In this document: piece after piece, positions 1-11,017 of the stretch
How the letters are laid out: every line of letters starts with the position of its first letter
Position numbering within the stretch: the first letter of the stretch is position 1
Origin: Malacoraja senta
Lineage: Eukaryota
Direction: 5' to 3'
Length of the DNA: 64,000 nt
Assembly: GCA_038087875.1 (NCBI GenBank)
Contig: CM075988.1
Span: forward strand, 13,766,001-13,830,000
Notes under the pieces: generated by a model
The model's database searches: none
Told to the model about the DNA's origin: nothing
Seen by the model: only the letters and a program-made list of their open reading frames with translations
Position numbers and translations under genes: made by a program

Positions 1-1363
1 TTAAGTCCTTCATTCAGAGTGAAACATACAGTTTGACCTTGAATTCACATTCCCGGGAGATAAAATGTCTAGCCATCGCCTCGTGGAAGATTCCGCCATC
101 TTAACGAGAGCATTCTTTTATTTTAAAAGTCTTATCTTCGCCGCTTCTCCTCTGTGATATTATAAGGGACCAACTCCTGATAATCAGTCGGTCCTCTTCT
201 TGTACATATTTAAATGCCTCTTCTGGGTCGATGAAGGCACGTTCAACAGTCTTATAAATTATCCTCATTTTTGCAGGATACATAATCTCATATCTTACAT
301 TAGGATTTCCTTTCAAAATCTGTCTTGTCTTTGTGAACATGTCCCTTTTTTTTTTAGCAATTTCAGCTGGATAGTCACGGAAGAATCTTAGATTATCCCC
401 TTCATACATCAGATCCGATCCATATGGGATCTGTTTCATAATATCTTCCAGAGCAGAGATGTCGTGAAATTTCACTATGATCTGTCTTGGAGGGCCACCT
501 GTCCTTGTTTGAGCTCGTCGAACCCGGTGAGCCACGTCTATTCTCGGGTTTTCAGGCAGCTTAAATACTTGTTTAAGTAAGTTGGCAGCAAACACCCGAG
601 GGTTTCCTCCAGCTTCCCTTCCCTCTTTTACTCCAACTATTCTTAAATTCTGCCTTCTCGATCTGGCTTCCAAATCCAGGCATTTATCAGTCATTTTGGC
701 AAGTTGCTCCCCAGCACTTTCTTGCTCCTTTCTCAGTCTCTTTATCTCCTCAGACATAGCACTCATCGCAGCTTCCATTTCTTCCATAACCGTGTTGTAT
801 TTTTTAGTAGTATTGAGAATGGAATCAAACTTCTCGATACAGTCTTTTTCAACCCGCTTAATTTCTGTAGTTAAATCCTCCTCAATATCTTCAACACGTT
901 TCTTTAGATTGGCCATTTGCTCAATCACTTCCTCAATGTTTAAATTTTTTAGACAGATTTTTCTCCAGTGTTGTATTCCCTTCTTGTATTATTTTAGCAA
1001 TGTCTTTGGTAATTGAAGTTCTTACCGATTGTTCCAATTGCTCCGTTTCTCCCTTGAAGCCATTTCAGCAGGTAGCCTTTGAAAATCAGCTTCTTCTTCC
1101 GAACTCTCTGTTACTGTATGCAGAGTTTTGCCAAGTTCTTTCAGATGGAGTCTTGTAGCAGGTCTTCCTCTTTCTCATTTAAAACTGTCGTTAAGCTCCG
1201 TTATTTCGTGGCGATTTCTGATGACGTCACTTACGCAACGTCAAACAGCTCCGATGAGTATTTTAAAATCGGTCCCATCTTCCAAAACGTCTTTTTCAGG
1301 ATTTTAACGGGTGTGGAGCTCAATGCTGCATCCTTACTGCTCCATGGCGCCACCGGAAGTCAC
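1..1363 (-). mobile_element. L1-clade LINE, 5' portion (5'UTR and ORF1); the rest lies beyond the left edge of the window
   Basis: Contains an L1 ORF1-like frame (101-928). The 5' end reads GTGACTTCCGGTGGCGCCATGG on the minus strand (~1363), followed by a CpG-rich 5'UTR with a CRE TGACGTCA near 1222. Confidence 0.8.
101..928 (-). CDS. L1 ORF1p-like RNA-binding protein (coiled coil, RRM, CTD); N-terminus frameshifted, probably extending to ~1180
   Basis: The 275-aa ORF has a heptad coiled coil followed by DLEARSRRQNLRIVGVKE, IDVAHRV, PRQIIVKF, LRFFRDY and MYPAKMRI, which are L1 ORF1 / Transposase_22 motifs. Confidence 0.8.
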   Translation of the reverse strand: MIEQMANLKKRVEDIEEDLTTEIKRVEKDCIEKFDSILNTTKKYNTVMEEMEAAMSAMSEEIKRLRKEQESAGEQLAKMTDKCLDLEARSRRQNLRIVGVKEGREAGGNPRVFAANLLKQVFKLPENPRIDVAHRVRRAQTRTGGPPRQIIVKFHDISALEDIMKQIPYGSDLMYEGDNLRFFRDYPAEIAKKKRDMFTKTRQILKGNPNVRYEIMYPAKMRIIYKTVERAFIDPEEAFKYVQEEDRLIIRSWSLIISQRRSGEDKTFKIKECSR

Positions 1364-1568
1364 TTTGGCCGTCAGTTATGCAACAGGCCGGTGGCGCACG
1401 AAGATTTAGTGCAGGATGAAGTCCACAATCCCCTACGCCACTCCACACTCCTCCACACCACTCCATGCGCCCATCCCCGCGCTACCCACACGCTACCCAC
1501 AAGCTACCCACACGCTAGCAGGTCGCGTAAATGGCGCGCGAATGAAGGCCAAGTGGGACAAGCCCTTA
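1364..1568. mobile_element. Right end of a MITE (PIF/Harbinger-like TIR GGGCYTGTCCCACT), interrupted by the L1
   Basis: AAGTGGGACAAGCCC followed by TTA at 1551-1568. The reverse-complement terminus TAA-AGGGCCTGTCCCACT occurs at 36597-36614. Confidence 0.5.
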
Positions 1569-1679
1569 GCTACTGGGGTGAACTTCTCACTTGGACTTCA
1601 TTTAATTGTTCAACTCAGCTCTAGCAATTTTTAACATCAAAACAAGATATAGTGATTACCCTTCCTAGCAGTGTGAAAA

Positions 1680-1860
1680 CATGATGCATTGTAGAAAGCA
1701 TACTGTTGTGTTGCGTCACAGCTTGGTTTGGGTACAGCTCTTCCCAAGACTGCAAGAAATTGCAGAGCATTGATGACCATTCGCAGGCCATCACATAAAC
1801 CAGATACCCCACCATTGACTCCATCTACACTTCACACGGCCTCGGGAAAGCAGCCAGCAT
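1680..1860 (+). mobile_element. Rex1/Babar-type LINE 3' fragment, part 1 (continues at ~7578)
   Basis: Translates as CIVESILLCCVTAWFGYSSSQDCKKLQSI...TIDSIYTSHGLGKAAS, homologous to the C-terminus of the Rex1-type element at 14571-14900. Confidence 0.7.
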
Positions 1861-2255
1861 GCAGAGAAATGCAACGTGTTGCATTTTGGAAAGTCAAACA
1901 AGGGCAGGACCTACACAGTGAATGGCAGGGCCCTGGGCAGTATTGTAGAACAGAGGGTCTAGGAGAACAGGTCTATAGTTTCTTACAAGTGGCGTTACCA
2001 GTAGATAGAGTGGTCAAGACAACTTTTTGGCCTTCAAATAGTGCAATGAAGATTTACAACGATTTTGCCTGGACTTGAGAGCCTCTGTCATAGGGAGGGG
2101 TTGGGTAGGCTAGAACTTTATTCCTTGGAGTGCAGGAGGATGAGATGTGGTCTTGTAGATGTGGTCCTGTATAAAATCCTGAGGGGAATAGATAGGGTAA
2201 TGCACATTGTCTTTCACAGAGAGTAGGGGAATCATGAACCAAGGAACATAGCTTT
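1861..2255 (+). mobile_element. CR1 LINE 3' fragment, part 1 (continues at ~7305)
   Basis: AEKCNVLHFGKSNKGRTYTVNGRALG matches the CR1 ORF2 C-terminal region seen at 23650-24360. Confidence 0.75.
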
Positions 2256-2420
2256 AATTTAGTTTAGTCTATTGGTTTAGTTTATTATGATTGTCACATG
2301 TACTGAGGTAGAGTGAAAAGCTTTTTGTTGCATGCTATCCAGTCAACGAAAAGACGACTACACATGATTACAATCAAGCTGTCCACAGTATACAGACGAA
2401 GGATAAAGGGTATGACATTT
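2256..2420 (-). mobile_element. Rex1-type LINE 3' tail, part 1 (continues at 7172-7280)
   Basis: (TTTAG)n tail followed by ttgtcacatgtactgaggtagagtgaaaagctttttgttgc. The same tail occurs uninterrupted at ~31340-31530, 33530-33790 and 48315-48460. Confidence 0.7.
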
Positions 2421-2650
2421 AATAGTAAGATTAAACGAGAACTTACCAGTTTGAAGTTTGATCTTTATTTTATGAGGAGTTACGTTGGTGATTACGTGAA
2501 GAAGACCGGTCGGGGCGCATGCGCGTCAATCTTCAAAGCAGCGGTATGAAATCGCAGACACCACCATAATTGAAGTAACATATTAAGATGATCAACATGA
2601 GAACTACCATTATGACCTTTTTTCTATGAGAGAGGGTTGGGCGTGGCGGG

Positions 2651-2762
2651 CACGTAATCACCAACGTAACTCCTCATAAAATAAAGATCAAACTTCAAAC
2701 TGGTAAGTTCTCGTTTAATCTTACTATTTTACTTCGGAGTCACGTGAATGACTACGTGAAGA
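2651..2762 (-). repeat. DIRS internal complementary region (ICR), copy 1
   Basis: Complement of the element's 3' end joined through ATT (2726-2728) to the complement of its 5' end: ...atcttactATTttacttcggagtcacgtg... Confidence 0.9.
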
Positions 2763-2974
2763 TTTTAAAGCTCTGTGATTTTTATGCCGCAGATCAAAAT
2801 CCCGGCTTCTCACTGCATTGATTGACTCTGAGTATCATCAATAATGCTGTAAACATGACATTGCATATCATGCAAAAACAAAACAGTTTTATTTTTGGTG
2901 ATAAAACAACCAATAAACCCTCTTAATGTAGGGGCAACAAACGAAACAGAATTAAACAGTATTGAAAACAGACT

Positions 2975-3960
2975 TTAAACAATAGCAACAGCACTCAATA
3001 TTGCGTTGGCAAACAGCCCTCCATTGGCAATCGGCCGATGGTAGTATTGCTGAAACACAAGTTCATTTTTCCAACCTGCGGCTTTTAATATATGGTCGAT
3101 GGGAACGTCCATCGCCCTGGCCGCGGATGTTGCTACTGCGCTAGTGGAATGAGATGTAAACACATAAATGTTAATTCCTAGCCTGAACCAACTCTTGCTT
3201 TAACCACCTTGAGATAGTCTGAACTGCCACTCTTTTATGTTGGTTTCTTGTAACTGACAAATTATCCTGTTTCTTCTTGTCTTAAAGCCCTTGTGGCTTC
3301 AATGTGATGTAAGAAATGTGTCGTTACACATAAAGATGGATCTGTAGGATATGCCGAGAACACCATCTTAAATCCTGTCACACCTGGCCTGCTTTGTTTG
3401 AGCAGGTCATAAATATAAAACAGAACATTCTCTGTAGTCACTTCCATTCTATGTAACTGAAGTTTTTGCAAAGTCTGCACTCTCTGTACTGACACCAATG
3501 CCATTAGCATAACCAATTTCATGGTTAATTTTAACAAAGTTATAGACGTGACAGGGACCCAATGACGAAGCATGTTAAGAATAACGCTTACATCGCAGAT
3601 TACCATATACCTAGGCTTAGGCGGTTTGTAATTAAAGATTCCTTTCATCAACCTAGATATGAGAGGGTGAGAACCTGTACTTTGTGTCCGTTGTACCTAT
3701 TACAAGATATGCCAACAAAGCACTTCTAGCTGTATGTATAGCAGTATAGCTAAGACCCTCATCATAATAAAGTGTAGATAAAACTCTAACACATTTTCAA
3801 TAACTACAATATCATATTGAATATTCTTTTGAACACTATATTGTTCCCATTTTTTTAATTTTTTTTTTTTACATAAGTTATATACTGCTTTTGAGTACTC
3901 TTTCTCCAGGCTGCAGTGAGTATATCCACCGTTGGCCTAGAAAGTCCTCGACCAATGTAA
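2975..3960 (-). pseudogene. DIRS tyrosine recombinase, disrupted
   Basis: Fragments MKGIFNYKPPKPRY...KLVMLMALVSVQRVQTL and SHSTSAVATS...ILKAAGW...FQQYYHRPI. The HSTR box is degenerate, the catalytic Tyr region is present, and there are frameshifts. Confidence 0.88.
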
Positions 3961-4340
3961 GGCATTCTTAAAAACCTGCAAATTAACAGATCAATACGAT
4001 CACATAACGGATGAACTTAACACGTTACTGGATGCTCCAGCAAATTCCTACTGTTTGGAATCAGCAAAAGGAGTTTGGATCGCTATCTGTAACATCAAAG
4101 GGAACCATGGTTGAATCGGGCAATTTGGTATCACCAAAACCCCTGAAGCGGCATCCTGCTTCATTTTCTCAACCTATGAGGCAGAATGGTGGGAAAATGT
4201 ACACAAACATATCATCCCAATTTAGTGAAAAAGCATCAATTGCCACTGCCCCTGGATCTGGTGCCCATGAAACATATTTTGGCCTTCCATATAGAAGTAC
4301 TCTGTTCTTGAACACATCCTGGTTCAACATCCACTCTGTA
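3961..4340 (-). pseudogene. DIRS Dam-like N6-adenine methyltransferase domain, disrupted
   Basis: YVSWAPDPGAVAIDAFSLNWDDMFVYIFPPFCLIG followed by LVIPNCPIQPWFP, located between RNase H and the recombinase. Confidence 0.8.
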
Positions 4341-5670
4341 TTATCACGGAATTTTCGTGACCTGCCATCTGGTACTACATTAAGTTTCCCTGGCAGATAG
4401 CTCCAATCCAAATATCCATACTCCAGGTCCAATTTTATTTGGCAACCTGTCACATAACGATTTGATTCCACCCACGGGATTCATATCAGCAACTGCTGTA
4501 GGATTGTCTATTTTGCACTGCACATGCAAACTAGTTTTGTTAGTGCCATAAGCCTTGAGTCCATAAAATACTCTTGGTTAATTCCCCATGTTTGCAGATG
4601 CAATGTCCATCTGTCTCCACAGCTGGATTTTGTATCAGTAGCACCCTACCCAAGTGGTCTGACATCTGTCTGCAAAATCATGGAAGCTTGGTCTAATAAC
4701 ACTTTGGAACTACTTGTGGACACATGCTGAATCCACCATTGTACATCAGCAACAGCCTCTATTGATAGAAGCATAGGTCTATTATAATGACCCCAATGTA
4801 TCCTCAGTGCTTGTTCCTTTGACCTTTGTAATTGTAGATAATAAAGTGGCCACTATTCAACTGCTGGAAATGCTTTCCAGCAATTTCCCCAGCAGACTCG
4901 TCACCTGGCTAATTGAAGGCTGTGTGTCAGCAATTAACTTGATACAGCTCTTAATTAGCTCTACCCTTTTGCCTGGGCAAGGTCACAATCATGTTGATTA
5001 AGTCTATTGTGGACCCAACTAGTCAATTTGTGTCACAGGTATTAATTTAGATTCCTCTGGATAGCTTATGAAGCCCAATTTTTTAAAAGTGGTTTTTACC
5101 AACTGCCACTGATGCTTCCGCTGTTTCCTTTGATTATCCTACAATCAAGATATTATCTAGTTAAGCCATGAGCACATAGCCTTAACTTCTCATCATGCCT
5201 AGAATAGGTTTTAACAACTTTGTAATCACTCTAGGAGCTGAAGACAAACCATTAGGCAGTGCATTGTATTGCCATAATTGCCCCATCCAGCTGAATTTTA
5301 AATCCTCTATCCTGCAAATGAACAGACACTGAATCCGCATCTTTAAGATCTCCTTCCAAACATTTCCATCTTAAAATGTCTATACCGTACAAAAGGGTTA
5401 AGCCTATTCAGGTCCTGTATAATTCTGCATCCCCCATCCTTTTTTGGTCTGGGAAAGATTTTGGACACAAACTGATGGCTTTGGTAAACTGCCTTAGCAA
5501 TTACACCTTTATTACATAAGCTTGCAAGTTCCACCTGAACTTTCAATTGTTCAGTGATACTGAAGTCAAACTCCTTTTTGGAACATGTTGCTTAGGTAAA
5601 TCAGAATTTGCATTAAGCTTCATTCGAAACCATTCTATAACCTTCAGTATAAACATATCTGAGGTATCAC
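4341..5670 (-). pseudogene. DIRS reverse transcriptase / RNase H, disrupted
   Basis: FVSKIFPRPKKDGGCRIIQDLNRLNPFVRYRHFKME; QYNALPNGLSSAPRVITK; MA*LDNIL (YLDD remnant); MILQTDVRPLGWG; YLPGKLNVVPDGRSR. Confidence 0.9.
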
Positions 5671-5671
5671 A

Positions 5672-6960
5672 TTAGATCTGTCTACCTTCAGAACCAGACC
5701 CACTTACCTCCTTACCACCTGGCATTCTTCCCCGGCCTCGAGCTGGATATCTCACCTTCCCTGGCCGTGCTACAGCCGAACGCCAACTGCGCTGCATTGT
5801 AGCTGGACTCGTCCCTTGCCCGGACCAGTCTCCTCGCTTGTAGGGATACTTCCGCTTTGGTGGATATATGGCTGCTGGCTGTTTAATCAAGCCCACCGTC
5901 TTGGCCTCCTCCTCCAGCTCCTTCACCTGCTTTGCGAAATCCTCGCCAAACAGCTGTGCCGGTTGCACTGTGCCAGGCTGGCAGAGCGAAGCATATTTAG
6001 GGTTGATGGTTGGTCTAAACGCAGTCTTGAGGAGGCAGTTGATGTCAAAGTGGGCACTCCACAATAGCGCCACACCTTTTGTTACAATTTCATCCTGGCC
6101 TCTCCATCCACCATCCTGGCAAAGCTCGTAATGCCAGATGCCAGCAACTTTAAAAATATGCTGGAGCTTCACCTCCTCCTGGGCTCTCATTTGTATGCCC
6201 ATCTTGCCCCAAATCTTCCTGTTCCCTACAGGAACTTTAAACAGTTGATTGGGGCTTCATGCTTCCTTACTGTCTCATTCATTGTCAGCTCCTGTAGCTG
6301 ATGTGAGACTTGGTAATTTATGCTGGTGGCAAGTTCCTCACCCAGAGGCTCACCAGCGTCTGACGACATGGCAAACCGTGCTGCACACGGTGTCAGCTCT
6401 GGCCGCTGCATGCCCTCCCTTTGGAAGTCGTCGTCGGACTCAGGGTCAGAGCGTATCTGCCCTTCTGCACTCACCTCTTGCAAAGAGGGTGGTTTCAAGC
6501 AGGCCTCTACTAGGCACTGCCTGCGGAGCCTTCCCGACGGCCTCCCGCCCTCACAACTCCTCCTGGAGTGTGGCTTTGTGAAGCAGGCCTCTCCTAGGCA
6601 CTGCCGGCGGAGCTGTCCCCACGGCCTCCCGCCTGCACAACTCCTCCTGGAGTGTGGCTTTGTGGAGCAGACCCTGTATGCGCTGCTCCTTTTGGATAAC
6701 CGCTGGGGCACATTATCCTGTCCCCGATGGGACTCTCCTGGCCCGACTCTACGAAGTCACCCTGACAGACTTGGCTTATGCCTACCGCCCGACTGGCGTT
6801 GGCTGTGTACCCGGCTGGGCACTTTGCCAAGTCTGTCGCCGCACCGCTACCGGCTTGCGACTCCCCAGAGGTGACAGGCTGCCTTTCAGAGACTGTGCTC
6901 CCACAGTTCGCTCTCTCCTTGTCCGTAGCAGGCCTGCACCTTGATTTTTTTTACTTGTTC
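5672..6960 (-). pseudogene. DIRS gag-like ORF, disrupted, with an in-frame 84-bp tandem repeat (~6499-6670)
   Basis: RPTINPKYASLCQPGTVQPAQLFGEDFAKQVKELEEEAKTVGLIK is homologous to 58350-58500 in copy 2. Confidence 0.7.
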
Positions 6961-7304
6961 CTGTATTGAGGGGAAAAACATACAGCAACAATTTTTACTT
7001 TTTTCTAACTCCTCCAAAGTCTCCCCGACTTTGGTGGAGCTGTAACTACTCACCTGCAGGAGGAGCTCCGTCCTCCTGCTGCCGTTCGCGCCAATGCGTC
7101 AGACGTAATGACGCGCATGCGCCCTGACGGGTCTTCTTCACGTAGTCACTCACGTGACTCCGAAGTAAAATGCAAGATAAAGTCCATTAAAGATAATTCA
7201 AAGGTCTTCAATGAAGTAGATGAGAGTTCAGGACCACACTCTAGCTGGCGAGAGGATGGTTCAGTTGCCTGATAATAGCCCATGACTTTGTGAAGATGGT
7301 AGCG

Positions 7305-7577
7305 AGTTTAAGGTGAGAGGGAAATGGTTCAATAGGAACCTGAGGGACAACTGATTTGCACAGAGGATGATGGGTATATAGAATGAGCTGCTAATGGAAG
7401 TAGTTAAAGCAGGTATTATGACAACATTTATGAGGCATTTGGACAGGTACATGGATAGGAAATGATTACAGGGATAATGGGCCAAAAGTGGGCAGGTGGG
7501 TGGGGCATTTTGGTCGGCAACGGAAACTTGAGCTAAAGGGCCTGTTTCCATATGGCACAATACTATGACTCTATGAT
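7305..7577 (+). mobile_element. CR1 LINE 3' end, part 2
   Basis: tttaaggtgagagg...aataggaacctgagg resumes the CR1 from 2255 and ends in gggcctgtttcc...ctatgactctatga. Confidence 0.7.
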
Positions 7578-7950
7578 AACATAATCAATGACGTTTTCCA
7601 CTCGTCACTCCCTCTCTCCACTCCCATTGGGCAGAAGATACAGAAGCACGTACCACCAGACTCAGGAACAGTTTCTTCTTCTCTTTTAACAGACTTCTGA
7701 ATGGTCATTCGGTAAGCTAGGGCATAGTACTGATCTTCCAACCTGACTCATTGCTGTCAATTGGACTTCTTCGCTGGAACCACGCTGAGAAATATATTCT
7801 GCACTCTGGTGTTTTTCACTTCACTCTACCTTTTGTTCGTGTGTGTGGCTTGATTGCATTCATGTAGAGTGTTATCTGATTTGATGAGATAGCATGCAAA
7901 CAAAAGCTTTGACTGTATCTCTGCTCATGTGACTATAATAAACCTAAACA
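7578..7950 (+). mobile_element. Rex1-type LINE 3' end, part 2
   Basis: IINDVFH...PLPLGRRYRS..RTTRLRNSFF resumes the frame from 1860; tail catgtgactataataaacctaaac. Confidence 0.65.
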
Positions 7951-9435
7951 TTTATGTTCCAGTACTCTTTAAACATTGACAGTGATGACTACCAAGTACA
8001 TCTTCTGAGCCTCCCTGTGATCATTATATCCCGTTTATTGTATATTTGTGATCCTTGCTATTTTTACAACATTTTTTGTTAAGAATTGTTTTAATTGACT
8101 TTATATCCATCTACATCATTATTTCCATTTGGGCCTCCACCAAATGGTTGTTCTTCCATTCTTGACAGACGGGTCTGAAACTCTTGGAGAGAAAGCAGAG
8201 ATATTTTTGAATGACACCAGAGATGGAGACACTATGGGTCTTCTCCTAAGATTTGGGATGAAGCATCAGAGCCTTGTAAAAATCTAAGAGAGGATATAAA
8301 TTTAAATCATCAGGGGCATCAAATGGGTGATGGCAAGCCAACTGCTTATTGTACAACCTTCTATTAAAGGCTCAGTGGCACGTGGCTGAATTGCTAGTTT
8401 GAGACCTCAGTAAAATTCCCATAATTCTCCCCATTAGGGTTATGGGGAGAAGACAGGAAAATGGGATTAGGAGGCAGAGATCAGCCATGATTGAATGGCG
8501 GAGTAGACTCTATGGGCCGAATGGCCCACTTCTACTCCTATAACTTGTGAACTTGTGAAAATTATATCCCTGTTGTAACTGAAAATATTTCCATTTGCAT
8601 TCCTTGGTTAAATAACTTTTAGAGCAAATGTTGCAATGGACATTTTTTGAGATATTAATGTTCATAAACATTTTTTGAAGAGAGACAGACATATGAGCAA
8701 GGATTCTAATCAGTCATTATTTATGCTGAACATGTCAGTGACTGATCTTCTTGCCAGTTCTGTTTGGAATGTTCCGGATTTTATGTCTTCTCTTCCTGCA
8801 CTCTAATCCCTCGTGGTCCTTTCGACTCAATTTTTCATTGTCATGTCAGTCACTGTTTCCAGGTTCATAATAAACAATCTCTAATTCATTCAACGTTTCA
8901 ACCCTAATATCATTTTAATTGGATGTCTGGGTACTAATGAGGCTTGGGATAATAAAACTGTTCACAATATTCTAAGTTTCCATTTTGAAGCACTAGCATA
9001 ATCTTGGTAGTTGACGTTCTATATTTCTTCTGTCTTACTATTCTTTAAATCTGCTTGAAATTCTACCAGTGATATTACTCTAGGGCAGAATCTGTCCAAA
9101 TTCCTTTCCATTCATTGTTTATATATGATCCTTCCTATTGTTAAAGTAGCTAGTATTTGCCAATGGTCTAATTCACTGTGCAACCAGGTTATTGTTTCTA
9201 GTAGAGTCTTAGCCAGTCTTCTATGCTGTGCGCAGAACCACAGGAAGAATCGCAAGGTTTGGTATGATCCGTGTGCAAGAAAGAACTATGCGAAGAGATT
9301 GTGAAAGATGGGGCTAAAGAACACTAAATAAGGTTAACAGAAGATATAATAGAAATTTTGAAAACATTTTGTTAACTAGAACTCCCAGATTTAAGAGAAT
9401 TATGAAAAAAGCATAATTTGTTTCCCTCCAAAACT

Positions 9436-9730
9436 GGGCAGCACAGTGGCACAGTGGTAAAGTTGCTGCCTTAAACTGCCAGGAACCTTAGTTCGATCCT
9501 GGCTATGGGTGCTGTCTGCATGGTTTTCACATTCTTCCTGTGACTGCGTGGGTTTTCTCCGGGTGCTTCGGTTTCCGCCCACACACCAAAGACATACAGA
9601 TTTGCAGGTTAATTGGCTTCTCTAAATTGTAAATTGTTTTGTGTGTGCAGGATAGTGGTAGTGTATAGGGTGATGACTGGTCGGCGCAGACTCGGTAGGC
9701 CAAAGGGCCTGTTTCCATTCTGTGTCTCTT
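9436..9730 (+). mobile_element. HE1-like tRNA-derived SINE (V-SINE)
   Basis: A box TGGCACAGTGG, B box GTTCGATCC, central ggttttctccgggtgcttcggtttcc domain and CR1-like tail ggccaaagggcctgtttcc. Confidence 0.85.
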
Positions 9731-9941
9731 TATCTCATAATTGGGTACAACATTTTTTTATGATTTAAGCCCATAGCTCATTGCCAATGTTTGTATGTTG
9801 GAACACCTGTGAAGCACCTTCTAGTATTGTAACTACAGTTATAAAAATCATGTTGTTAATCCATTAAAAATAATTATTTTCATAATGCTTGAATAAGCAG
9901 CAAACAATGCAAGGCCAACCGAGCAGATCAGTGATTTTTTA

Positions 9942-10070
9942 AAGAAAGAATTGCAGATGCTGGAAAAATTGAAGGTAGACAAAAATGCTGGAGAAACTCA
10001 GTGGGTGAGGCAGCATCTATGGAGCGAAGGAATAGGTAACGTTTCGGTTTGAGACCCTTCTTCAGACTGA
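9942..10070 (-). mobile_element. Penelope-like element 3' terminal fragment with hammerhead-like core
   Basis: Same terminus that follows the GIY-YIG ORF at 21825-22420 and 42260-42790. Confidence 0.7.
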
Positions 10071-11017
10071 ACTAAATGCACAGGTCTTTACCTTTTAGCA
10101 TCACAACACCAATTTTCCTGTAAAGCATTTTCCTTCATAAACTAGTTATATCAATTTACTTGATAACATTGTCAGCTGATTATCATCTTAAGATCCACCC
10201 CAATAACATAAATACTTGTTATTGCCTCTCTAGTGTGGTATTGATATAACACCACAGTGATGGAGGGAATTAATATGACAGTTGTTTCCACAAGAGCAGG
10301 TGAATTATTACAACATTTATCCCTCTGTCAATAAAAGAAAAATTGTTTGGTCATTTTACCAATGTGGTTTCTGTCAGTGTGGTGTTTATATGCACTGACA
10401 CATATCCAACATGAAAGCACAAATAAAACTCAGAGTAACTCAGCGGGGCATCGCTGGAGAACATGGATAGGTAACATTTCAGGTCAGGTCCCATCTTCAG
10501 ACTAAAGAAATGGCGCAACCCAAAATGTCCATGTCGTCCAGAGATGCCGCCTGACCTGCTGAGTTACTCCAGCACTTTGTGTCTTTTTTTGTACATCAGC
10601 AACTGCGCTTCCTTGTGGCTTCTGAAGTATTGAATTGTTGAACAACTTCAGAATTGTTTTTGAATATCTTATAATAAATGCACAGGTCTTTAATTAAGAA
10701 TGTTTATCTGGTACAATTTGATTAACTCAGTTGAAAATGGATTGAGAACTAAAAGATAAGCATATTTAACTGTCGTGTCTGATCTATAGCCCTTGAGTAA
10801 CCCAATTAAAATAAACTGAAATGCTATACAGCACCATTTGCTAATTACATTGGGACACAATAGTTTTTTACTTAATTAAAAATATATATATATACATTCA
10901 AATGCTTTTACTCACTATTGATGCCTCTGTGTCTGAAAGAACTGCCATAATTCTAAAAGCTACATGAAGGTCAGCAACTTGATGTAATTAGCAGAAACTC
11001 ACCATCAATATGGTCTG

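Larger units (their letters stand above)
2421..7171 (-). mobile_element. DIRS1-type tyrosine-recombinase retrotransposon, full length, ORFs decayed (copy 1)
   Basis: Order gag, RT/RNase H, methyltransferase, tyrosine recombinase. Left ITR ~7109-7171, right ITR 2421-2528, ICR 2651-2762. 2421-2498 is a perfect 78-bp inverted repeat of 2651-2728. AAT occurs at both junctions and at the ICR junction. Confidence 0.95.

Noticed and set aside
8169..8290. Possible host exon after a ttcttgacAG acceptor
   Set aside because: The only open frame stops after about 38 codons, with no good donor and no recognisable protein.
9436..9510. tRNA gene suggested by A and B boxes
   Set aside because: It is the head of an HE1-like SINE: no full cloverleaf, and it continues into the SINE body. 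The same applies to the other copies.
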